Shown piece after piece: positions 26,944 to 38,010 of a stretch of 64,000 nucleotides of DNA (position 1 is its first letter; every line of letters starts with the position of its first letter). Origin of the DNA: Anthoceros angustus (lineage: Eukaryota > Plantae > Anthocerotophyta). The DNA is taken from NCBI GenBank assembly GCA_010909165.1, contig VJWM01000118.1, positions 1 to 64,000 of the forward strand. The letters are read 5' to 3'. Made by a program: the position numbers and the translations under genes. Under the pieces are notes generated by a model. It saw nothing but the letters and a program-made list of their open reading frames with translations, had not been told where the DNA came from and searched no databases.

Positions 26944-29900
26944 TGTGGTGACCACATGGATTTTCTGGACCCCTCGAAAGGGTGTTTTTGTTTTGTGTTT
27001 AAGTTGTGAGAATCGTGTGGAGTTGGAATATGAAGTAGGTTAGGAAATAAGAAAAGTGTACTAGAGCCTAGTAGGGGAAAGAGAGTCTAGTCCTGATCCT
27101 GGACAGAACCTCGGAGGGTTGGCTGCTCGACCGGTTGCTAGAGCCGTTGCTAACAGGATCTGTTGCTATGACAGCAACCGACTCGGGAGCCTGTTGTTGT
27201 GGTAGCAACCAAGTCGGAGTTATTTTCCGATAAATTCGGAAAACCTATTTGGGCGAAATCACAGGGAAATACCCGAGCAGGAAGTAGCAGGGGTCTCCTA
27301 GCAATTAAGTCCGGTGAGGAAGAGAGTATCTTGAAATCAGCGGTAAAAGGCGGCGCGCGGAACTCGGGTCGCGGAGTCGGAGACGAGCCGCGGGCAGTCA
27401 GATCCGGGTCACGAAGGCGGCAAAACGCTTCAAACGGTGAGTGCGCTCGGGAGGATCGATGGCGAGCCGGGCAGGAGGCGAGCCGTATCGTCGGCACAAG
27501 GAGTCGGTGGAAGGAGCCGGTGGGGAGATGCAGCATGAAGGTGCAGTGGAGAGCATACAGAAGATGCGTGGCTGGATCGGAAGAGTGGCGGTTACGCTAG
27601 CAGTGGCGGAAGTAATCTGGCCGTCGGCTCTGGAGGAGAGGTGAGAAGTCTTGCGGTGCATGAGAAGCTGGGAAAACAGTGAATTGGATAGCGTGTGAAG
27701 TGGTTGTAGGAATCCGCAGGATTGGTGAAAAAGTGGGGTGTGGCGGGGGCCGCGGTGGTGCGCACGGAGAAGCATCGAGAGTGATTCTTGTAACTAGAAG
27801 GCGGGGAGCGTGGTCCATGAAGGGTCGTGGGCATCTGGGGAGTGGAGCAGGTGCACGATGGAGGCAGGCTGGAATAATCGCAGTCACGGGCGGAGCTGCG
27901 GATAGGGGGCGAAGTGCACAGTCCTCTAACAGTGGTTGCAGGATACACCTCAAGCCTCACATAGGTGAGGTAAGGCGCTGGCAGTGAGGCGGGCGGCATG
28001 TTGGCGGTCGGAGGAAGCAGGTTCCAATTCGAGGTGGTCAGTCTTGGTCGGGACATAGAAAGCAGGTTGGGAGGTTATGGGTGGAATAAATCCGAGGTCT
28101 TGAGGTAGTCAGCGTGCTTTCCGGGTTGTAGACGAAGGTACCAAGCCGAGGCAAGGCCATGAGTTAGCTTTGATGAATGAGGGAAATTGTGATTCCAGAA
28201 TAAACGCCGTGGCACTCCCGCCACCGTGGGGTTGAGTGCGAGCGGCGATTCTCCATAGGATCTCGATCAAGCGGCGGGGCTAAGTGGAAATTCGGATGGG
28301 AGTCGGACGAGAGGCGATACACGAGCAGTGGCGAGCTGGTGAAGTGGTGCGGTGGCGGTGCATCGCGATGGCGGGACTCTTTGCTTGTAAACTCGAGCCG
28401 TCCGCAGTGGGAAGCATGGCCCCTAAGAAGACCACTCCGGTGGCCATTGAGGCCATTACCAGCATCAATGGCCCAACATGGGGCCTTTGGAGAGTGGCGG
28501 GTTCTTTGGTGGCTAAGCATCACTTGTCCTTCATGGACAAAAAGTGGTGCTAATAGCCCCGTTGGTTTGGGAGTGTCACGAGGCATGAGGGAGAAGGCCA
28601 GGAAGGCAACGACCAACCCGCCCTGGAATATTCATTGTTCAGGCTGTTTATGAGAGCGAAGAGGAATGTGGTGGAATAATCATTGATCCTTTGAAACCAT
28701 CTCCCCAAAAGGCAGGAGGCCTGGTCATTGCTCCCACATTGTCTAGGGTGGAGAATGGGTGGGTCACCAACAAGTTAGACCACGTGGTGGATTAGCCAAG
28801 TGGATCCTGCTCTCAGCTCACTAAGAAGCTAGAGCACATTCTTGACCATTTCTTGTCTTTCTCTATGAGGTGGTGAGAGGGTCCAAGATAGATTGGGCTA
28901 GGATGTTCTATGACACGTGCGGGGAGAGGGACCACTTGACCCTACCATCACCCAGTCCCTCGGCTCTATCTCCCTTCTTAATCCACGTTTTGACCATGCC
29001 AAGTTCTTTGGAGGGATAGAGATGGTCTCGACCTTCCATGCACAGGCGGTGTTTGAAAGAAGGAAGCCCAAGAGGAGTCGGAGGAAGAGGCCATCTCCGG
29101 TGCTTTGGGAGTGAAGATGAGAGAAGTCAAGTGTCCATGAAGAGGAATGTGGCGTTGCTAAGGTGGCGCGATTGCTAACAAAGAGTTGCTAAGACTAACA
29201 GGCACCAAGAGAGGTGAGCAACGGGGACTCCAACCACTCCTAGAGCCACAAGAGCACGCAGGGGAGCTCACAGGCAGAAGCAGACAAGGAAGGCCCGGGC
29301 ACCCGGTTCCGAGCAGTGGAAACCTGGTCAGGAGGAATCGGCCCAACCTTGGGCAGCCGGTGATCCAGAAAGTCACTACTGTTCAAGGGTGACCCTCAAG
29401 TATACCGGAAGTTGTGGGAGAGTCGATTCGCGAGATAGGAAGGAGGGAACCCATCCCAGTGGGTTTGGGGCCTAACATCACCCTACGAGTTGGTCTCGCT
29501 ATGGCACTAGGTGAGATGGAGGACAGATAGCTCTGGTCCTCTCTTATTAGGTTCTGTAGCGGGAAACAGGGGAGCTAAAGGAGCTCAGGATGAAGGAGAA
29601 GGAGGTCTTGGAGGGCGCCTAGGTAGCATGGAAATAGGAAGGTCAAGAGTTGCGGCGGAGTCCAAGGATCGGGAAACCCTCATGGCTCGGCTCTCGGACA
29701 CAAAGCACCATAGGGAGGCTGCGAATGTCATCTCGGATGCGTCGGGCAAACCTCGGATGCCTCAGGCCTAAGAAGGAGGGACGAGGCAAGGAAAGGTGGA
29801 AGGAGGCCAAGAGGGCCGGGATTGCAAGGAGAGCCACCGTGGAAGATCACGGAGCTCCATGGAAGAATCATTCGAGTTAGCAGGGGAGGTTGCTAAGCAA

Positions 29901-31677
29901 GCAACGCAGCCGTTGCTAAGGAAGCAACAACTCACTGTTGCTAGGAAGCAACAAGCTGAGCTCCAAGGAGCCAGGGAAGAAGAGACGAGAGGAGGACAAG
30001 CAGGCCGGAGGCGGGTAAGCACCGCCTAAGAAGTCTAACTTCCCAATGGTGCATTAGATTGAGGATGCTTATCAAGATAACCATGTGCTGGATTCTCCTT
30101 GGCTGGAGAGAAGATTGTCTCCACGAAAGTTTATGTTGTTGTGGGCACAGGGGGACATGGAGGTACTTGATCCATGCCTTGGCAGACCTTTGGATCCTAC
30201 CTATGGGTTGGATTCTTAAGGAGGAGACTCTCGGCCGACCCATCCAGTTCAAGAGCTCAGGAGGAGTACGGACTATCTGCAGCACAAGAGAGAGGAGTCC
30301 AGCTCGAGGTGGAGATTTTTGGGAGAGATTGCCCAACCCAAGAGGGAGGAGGCAAGAGGAGAACATGGGGCTAGGAGGCCCAGGCCGGAGGTAATAGGGG
30401 TAAGTGGCCTGAAATAGCTAAAGGCCCATGTGTTATAGGGTAAATCTTATCCTTCCCTCATAGTGGAATGAATTGAGATAGGCCTCTAGGATTGGTAGGC
30501 TAAGGATTGGTATTTTTGGCAGCCAAAACTTTTGTGGTGATCTTGGGTATAAGCGGCCTCTTGATGAAATGTAAGCAATGTTGGCCTAAGTCTCGGTGTT
30601 TGGGGTGAGCACGGGGTTTGGGGTTCGGATCCAGTCTTTGTAAGTCTAGACACTTTTCTCTCCGGAGGGAGAAGACTACCAAGTTGCCCGGATCTGTGAT
30701 CCATAAAGTGGTGGAAAGCAAGGGAGGAGCCTTGTGGTCTCCTTGGAGGGAGTTCCCAAGGTCAAGAGGAAGGGGTAAGCCGGGAGGCTGTCCATTCTCT
30801 TACTCATTCTCTTGTTGTCTAGTACTCACCTTGTGTTTGAGTTTTGTGTCGAGGTCATGTGGGAGAAGACAAGGCGGGGGCTGTGTGGAGGGAGAAGGTG
30901 AAGTGAGTTGGAGGCACATGGGGCTTGTGTATTTGGAAAATGAGAGGAAAAGTGAGCGTGAGAGAAGTGGAGAATCTTTGGACATGGAGAGTTCTTGATT
31001 GGCTGTTTGAGAGGAGTAAGAAGGGGGAGAAGTCATAAGTGATGTTTGTGTTGCTGAAGAGCTGAGTGGAGGTTGAAGATCCGAGGTGGATGAGGTGGAA
31101 TGATTGGGAGGTGGGAACAAGTATTTTGAGAGTTGGTGAAGAGAGGGCTGAGGGAGAACCTTGAGAGGGAGAGGAGCTTGGGAGGTGTGAAAGGTTGGAG
31201 GAAGAAGGAGATCAGAGAAGTGTGAGTAAGGAGGTGGGTTGTGTGATAACCACGATTGGTGGATCGACTTTGTGGAAGGATAAGAGAGGGTGTCAATCTT
31301 ATCCACTTGGATCCCAAGTGGGTCCCACCTTCTAATAGCGGGACATCCCAAGGTGGACCCCAAGTGGGTCCCACCTTCTATTAATAGCAGCTGATCCCAG
31401 ATGGGACCCCACTCTGCTAAAATAGAGGTGGTTGCTAAGATATGGCAAGATCGTTGCTAAGGTAGCAGCGGTCAGTGTGGCTAAGATAGCCAGTGAGTGT
31501 TGTTAGGATAGTAGCTTTGCATGGCTGCTAGATGTTTGTGTATACATGTTGGTTGGATTGGCTATGTTTTGGTTGTCTTGTGCGAAATCACTCCCTTGAG
31601 TGAATCTCAAGTCTACAAGGATAAAGAGGGTAAATGTGGCCTCTTTGTGACCACTTGGTTTAGAAAATCACTCCACA
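26944..31677. mobile_element. 4.7-kb solo-LTR-like insertion, copy 2
   Basis: TGTGGTGA...TCACTCCACA followed by CTTGT; colinear with 7981-12793. The left TSD is garbled in this copy. Confidence 0.7.
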
Positions 31678-32539
31678 CTTGTGCATGTGGTGACACACTA
31701 ACCGACTACAAACATTTGCAGCGTGACATGTCATGATCAGCAACTCAACTCACTGTATGCACATTTGGTGGAGGCGATTAGAAAACAACAATCACCTAAA
31801 TTCCCATCAAAATAAAATGCCTCATTCAATCGGCGTCTAGCGGTATCGAGCGTGGTGAGTTTGAGAGTTCTAGCGAGCCAAGCATGAGTACCCAAAACCC
31901 GGATATCGAGACTCGGACATCCACTCGAATTCCCAAGCAAGCTTTGCATTCACCAATTCTGACGAGTTCATCACTCCTCGGCTCGAAGAGACTCTCAAGA
32001 CTATCCTAAGCCAAGCACGCTTGCCTCTTGTATTCCGCGCCTAGTTGCATGTCGCTCTCCCGTCGCTGCTCCCTTCCGCCATGCATCGCCTTCCATCCTT
32101 TTCCATGATTGCGTTTCCCGGTCTCATCACCCCTCCACGCTCAGCAAATCTCCTTGTTATGATCCAAAGCAAATGATAATTCGTCACGACCTACGAAAAC
32201 TAATGGCTAACAATACATGACATTTCTAGATGTCAAGATATTACCGATATCCTCTCTCTGTACATGGACTTGCCACAATGATCCCGACACGTGACTCCGG
32301 CCTGGTATCGTGCAAAACAGCATTGACATCGGATAGCACAACATTTCCTGTTCTCACGCTTGTGCATGTGGTGACACCACTAATCGACTACAAACATTTG
32401 CGACAGCGTGACATGTCATGATCAACGGCTCAACCGATATGCACATTTGGTGAGCTGATTAGAAAAAGAAAACAATAATCCCGCTAAATTCCCATCCCCA
32501 TTTCGAAGCCAAGGCCAACACGAGAATCTTTCAACTAGA

Positions 32540-32760
32540 ACTGCAGATCCCAAAGAGGTCGGGTGGTCTCTCCCAGCACAATACCACAATCCTTCGTGCA
32601 CCTCACATGGCGGAATGAGGCAAAACAGATGGAAGCCTCCGTTACAACCATCACAAAGCAACATGAGCTCAAGGTCATCCACCCGTTGACAAACTTGACA
32701 TGGATAATCACTAGGTGGCACCCAATTCGCTGTAACAATCGTGGGATCCAGATTAGGAAG
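32540..32760 (-). pseudogene. PHD finger at the integrase C-terminus
   Basis: CQVCQRVDDLELMLLCDGCNGGFHLFCLIPP..GLWYC (C4HC3 pattern) in ORF 32422-32943. Confidence 0.9.
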
Positions 32761-32999
32761 ATGGCAAGGAGCACAATTGGTCATGTGGTCTTGTATAGTC
32801 CGGCCATCTACTCCCTGTAGCACCAACACACCGCTAGGTCGAAGTTCCTTCACACACAGCACAAGCCGGTTAGTAGAAGGTTCTAACGTGTCAGCAGTTT
32901 GTCGCTGAAGATAAACATAATCGCCAACATGGAACTTCCTCATCTTAGGTTGGAAATGCCCACTCGTGTAAGCATAACGTAAAGAGTCCGGTGTTGAGC

Positions 33000-33812
33000 A
33001 ATTTTCAAATTCGCCATCGCCATAGGCATGGCTCTGCTAAACAACACCGCCAGCCAACAACCTTAGCCCAAGTGGTGGATCATCCACCTGGACCACCGGT
33101 TCATTTCCTTGGCAATGTGGCCGTGGGACCGGATCTCGTCCAAACAAGAGAAAATACGGTGAAAAGTGAGCTAGCGGGCGTGTTTGCTCATACGGTACCC
33201 CATAGCCACATATGGCAAAGCCAAATCCATCTGTCTTAGACATCTTGAGCAACAACTTACGTAGCCCTTGTTTGATGGTCGAACAAGTCGCTCAGCCAAA
33301 CCGCGTCGGCTTGAGGATGGTCTCTGCTAGTGCATCGGTGATCGATGAATGCGAAGTCTAACAGATCTTGGAATTCTCCCTTCGTGCCTTGATCCAAACA
33401 AACACTCACTACCAAAGCGACTGAGAACATGCTGCAAGAAGGCCTGAGAAGTGCTTCTAGATGACTTGTCCGATAGAGCCACAATTTCGGCCCACTTGGA
33501 AAAATGTTCCACCATCACCATCACATACACGTTGCCGCGAGGCGTCCTGGGCAAATCACCTATAAGATTGCAAGACCATTTGTAAAACAAGCCCATAATG
33601 GGTAATGGCTGCAGCTTCGACGGCTTGATGTTAAAAGAAGACTTCACTCTGTCACACTGTTCGCAGCAAGCCACCACGTCACGCACTTGAGCATACATCC
33701 CAAACCAATGGAAATGAGGAGACAATAAGCTATATGTTCGCTTGACCCCAAAGTGACCCATGTCAGAATGAGCACGCATGACCAAAGCTACTCGATCATG
33801 TGGTGTAGGCAC
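33000..33812 (-). pseudogene. Integrase (HHCC plus DDE core), frameshifted
   Basis: AHSDMGHFGVKRTYSLLSPHFHWFGMYAQVRDVVACCEQCDRVK..YVMVMVEHFSKWAEIVAL. Confidence 0.92.
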
Positions 33813-34245
33813 CAGGCGCTAAGCCCCGGTAGACAAAGTGCGAATCAAATAGCCATCTTTCCAACGATACCGGGCTGCTCACTACTGTATCCGATCTCGT
33901 TGAAGTCTTTGGCAATCAGTGAAACAATCCAGTTTGAAGAAATGCATGTGATCATCTTCCCATATGTCGCATGTGCCGAAATCGTGATGGGTTCTCCATG
34001 TCCCACACATAGATTCCGCAAACATGTTGTCTTGTATAAGAAACTTGACCCGTGATCTCGTCATGGTCCTGCCTAGCACACGTCTCATCCTCATCACAGT
34101 CGGGATGTCGAAAGCACATCCGCATTCTAGTGTGTGATACCAGGGCGATGAACGACTTGGAAATCATAATCCGCAATGTCATTGCCCACCTTGCGACCTT
34201 GCGAGCTTAGTATTCGTCATAAATAGCGTAAAGGGCGATGGTCAG

Positions 34246-34980
34246 TCACCAAAGTAAATGGCCGACCATACAGATAAGGTCTGAAATGGCAAACAGCCCA
34301 GACTGCGGCCAAACACTCCCCTTCATAGCTAGGATAATTGCTCTCGGCCTGTTGTTGCTACGTGACGCATAAGCGATAACACGCTCATGTCCTTCTTCGT
34401 CCAGTTGTGCAAGCACCGCTCCAATGCCTAACTGACTCCAATCCGTATGAAGCACAAATGGCTTCTCGAAATCTGGCCGGGCCATCACAGGCGCTTGCAT
34501 CAGCCTGTTCTTCAACAATTCAAATGCCTGTTGGCAGTCCTCCGTCCAATCCCAAATCACGTCCTTGCGCAGCAGGTTGTTAAGTGGCTTAGCAAGGCTG
34601 CTAAAATCTCGAATGTAAATTCGGTTGTAGTTACACAATCCCAGGTAGGAGCGCAATTCCGACACACCAGACGGAACAGGTACCTCTAACACAGCTTGAA
34701 CCTTTGCAGCATGTGGCATGATACCGTTAGGCACAATCCTATGTCCCAAATAGGCGACAATATCCATGCCTAGCTCACACTTAGCTGGATGACATTTGAG
34801 TCCTGCCTTGCGGAGCCTGCAAAATAGATCCTCTAAATGCCTCAAATGAGCCTCAAAATCCTTGCTGTGCACGAGCACATCATCGATATAGCAAAGCAGA
34901 TGAGCAGCTCCGGACAATACCTTGTCCATGATACGCTGAAATGTAACAGGTGCATTTCGAAACCCAAACGGCATAAACAA
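34246..34980 (-). CDS. RT (C-terminal part) and RNase H of Gypsy pol
   Basis: Open 244-aa frame: [56 protein letters not shown]. Confidence 0.95.
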   Translation of the reverse strand: MFMPFGFRNAPVTFQRIMDKVLSGAAHLLCYIDDVLVHSKDFEAHLRHLEDLFCRLRKAGLKCHPAKCELGMDIVAYLGHRIVPNGIMPHAAKVQAVLEVPVPSGVSELRSYLGLCNYNRIYIRDFSSLAKPLNNLLRKDVIWDWTEDCQQAFELLKNRLMQAPVMARPDFEKPFVLHTDWSQLGIGAVLAQLDEEGHERVIAYASRSNNRPRAIILAMKGSVWPQSGLFAISDLICMVGHLLW

Positions 34981-35559
34981 CCATTCCCATAGCTGCTGTC
35001 AAATTTGCGTTCTGTTGAAACTCGTCCAATCCCAAATCACGCCTCAGCAGAAGTTGTTAAGTGGCTTAGCAAGGTCTAAAATCTTGAATGTAAATCAAGT
35101 AGTTACACAATCCTGTAGGAGCGCACCGACCAGAAAGGTACCTCTAACATTTTGAACCTTGCGATGTGGCATGATACCGTTACACAATCCTATGTCCCAA
35201 ATAGGCGACAATATCCATGCCCAGCTCACACTTAGCCGGGATGACATTTGAGTCCCGCCTTGCGGAGCCTCGCAAAATAGATCCTCTAAATGCCTCAAAT
35301 GAGCCTCAAATTTGCCGTGCACGCACATCATCAATATAGCAAAGCGGATGAGCAGCATCTTGACAATACCTTGTCCATGATAAAAATGTAACAGTGCATT
35401 TCAAACCCAAACGGCATAAACAACCATTCCCATAGCCGCCATCAAATTTATGCCAACGAGCTCTGCCTCAGGATCGGGCTCACCTTTGGGCATTGCAGAG
35501 TTGCTTTCACTTTGCCCTGGCTGACTATTTCACGGCCTTTTCTTTGCGGGGGCATATCT

Positions 35560-36420
35560 TTGGAGTTGTTTGAGGTATTTACACTTGGAGGCCCAGGCCT
35601 GCGTGTCAGGATTGCGTGGTTATTACTATTGTGATAAGCGCTCGTAAATCAAATTCTGCCATCGTTTGCGAATTGTGCTTTTTATTTTCTTACAATTTAA
35701 TCGGTCCGCTTGATCAATGTGCTTTACTGCACCTTACAAGACATCCTGTTGATTCAATCCTCCCATGTTCAAGCTTTAGGACGTGTGGACCTTGTGGTTG
35801 CAGGTTGGGAATGCCAGGGGTTCTCCCAAGCTGGATTTGGGATTGGCCTAGAGGATTCGCGATCTGGATTGTTCTTACCTCTCGTGTAGCTGCTGCATGA
35901 GTTTCAGCAGTGTAATCCGTTGGTGGTTTACATGCTGGAAAACACTCCTGCACATCTAGATTCTCGGCTTTACATGCGCTTGGCGCCAATTTGGTGCGGC
36001 ATGTTACAGGCCCGCCTACGGTTTTGATGCCGTGCGGTGATTATATCGTCTTCACGGTTTTTGACTAATGGCCCGTTGGTAGTCCTTGTATTGTCTTTAC
36101 ATCATACTAACGTCTGCTGGGCGTCAATTCTGAGGATGTGCTCGAAGTTTATCACTCTCTCGACCCGATTCTGACCCAGAAAGCCCCATGGTTTGCTACC
36201 AATGAGGTGGGTTATCCATGACGTCGTTACCCTACCCAATAGTTTCCCGGTCTTATGCGTATCGTGGAAGGCCGGGATTCTGCGATTAAGAGACTGTTGG
36301 AAAGAACCACTCGAAGGCGGGAGCGCATTATGGGGTTTGCGACTCACGTCTGCCGCTCACAGCGTTCTATTGCCGATGATGTCTTTGCCTGGGTCGACCA
36401 TGGATTTACATCTTGTGACT
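35560..36420 (+). pseudogene. Cytosine-5 DNA methyltransferase domain in Gypsy pol, copy 2 (best preserved)
   Basis: In one frame from ~35737 to 35970: QDILLIQSSHVQALGRVDLVVAGWECQGFSQAGFGIGLEDSRSGLFLPLV*LLHEFQQCNPLVVYMLENTPAHLDSR (single TAG). Motif I ELF(G)GI at 35563; FDAV..HRL..FWTN at ~36020-36070; RERIMGF at ~36320; GSTMDLH at ~36390. Confidence 0.9.
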
Positions 36421-37699
36421 GGCTCGGTGATCATTTGGCTTTCCAACTTTTTTGGTCACGGCTGCGGCTTTGTGTCGGCGATGCTTGTCATCGGATCTTG
36501 TTCATCGCCTTTTCGAGCTTCGCAATTGCCCTTTTCAACCGGAAGTCGGGGAGTATGCATTTTAGAGATCATACATTTCCGACCGGTGATGATCCCGAGC
36601 GACTCGTTGCGTTATCAGAGAAGAAATCAGGGCTAAAACGATGGCTGATTTCCGATGGAAGATGGGTCCCATTGAGATGATCGGGCGATTGCGCTTCGCG
36701 ATAACATATCAAGATTGTTTTGTGTTCTCGATGAAGGACCTTGGTACTTACAACGTTATGAAGTTGAAAGTGCGGTGACAACTAATGAGCCCATCTACCG
36801 AAGCGTGATACGAGGCTCGATCTGCGAGGGAAATAGTCGATAAGCACCGCCAGAATCAGATGAGGCGATTGATTCGACCATCCACTTGACTATGCACGGC
36901 TGCAATTGTTCTTCCTCCTAAGAAGGTCGGGTTTATGGACGAGAAACGCATGTGGTGATTATCGACCGATCAATGCGCGGCTCAAGATCGTTATCAGTAC
37001 ACGGAGGAGCTGTTGATAGCATCGGACGATCATTTCGAGCCTCAACCGACAACGAGGGTGACGACAATCATCTCATCAACAGCGGCACAAGCCTCCACCC
37101 GGTCGAGGTCGTCACTTCATCGGGTCTCATCAACCGAAAGCGACCATTGCTCATGCCGATCATCCTTGACCAACTAAGGAATACATCAGATCATACAGAC
37201 ATGGCGGCCGGCCAACGACACTTCCACATCGTCATTGCAGTGATGCAAATCAAGTGGAATATAGGCCAATCTCTTGCCTCCTTGCTGTCAATCAAGTCTG
37301 TAAAAAGCTTGCTCGGTCCAATTATCAATGCTGACCCCAGGTGGGAACAAAAACTCCTGACCCAAAAGTACATCATAATTGGTAGCAGTAAAAACCAGAC
37401 AACGTAACTCGAGGGTCACAAAGATTGACAAGACCGTCAAGAGAAATAGATATCGAAAACATCTCACCCTTGATGGGCTCCTACATTCTTTGTCACGGAT
37501 GTTCCGAGGAGAGTTGCTAATCGATCCCATCAATCGCAATCGAGCGCCAAAGTCGACCAATAATAATCGGCCGAGCACCGATCGTGAACAACACCATCAG
37601 GTGCAACACCATTGATCATCACATGACCAGGTATTGTTCACCAATGCATGATTGACCCGAACTTGCAGCGATTTGTTGGTTGCAAAGATTGACAAGACC

Positions 37700-38010
37700 G
37701 TCAAGAGAAATAGATATCGAAACACTGCCTCACCCTTGATGGGCTCCATACCGCGTCACATTTGGATGTTCCAGGGAGAGTTGCTAATGCTGATCCCATC
37801 AACTGCAATCGAGCGGCCAAAGTCTGACCAATAATAACTGGCTGAGCACCAGTATCGAACAACACCATACGAGGTGCAACACCATTGATCATCACATGAC
37901 CAGCGGTATTGTTCACCAATGCATGATTGACCCGAACTTGCAGGCGATTTGTTGGTTGCACCAAAGGATTGCCTTGAGTGGCAAGGGCCAACTGTGAAAC
38001 CATCACCGGT
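37700..38010 (-). pseudogene. Aspartic protease of Gypsy pol
   Basis: GHVMINGVAPRMVLFDTGAQPVIIGQTLAARL (DTG motif). Confidence 0.88.
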
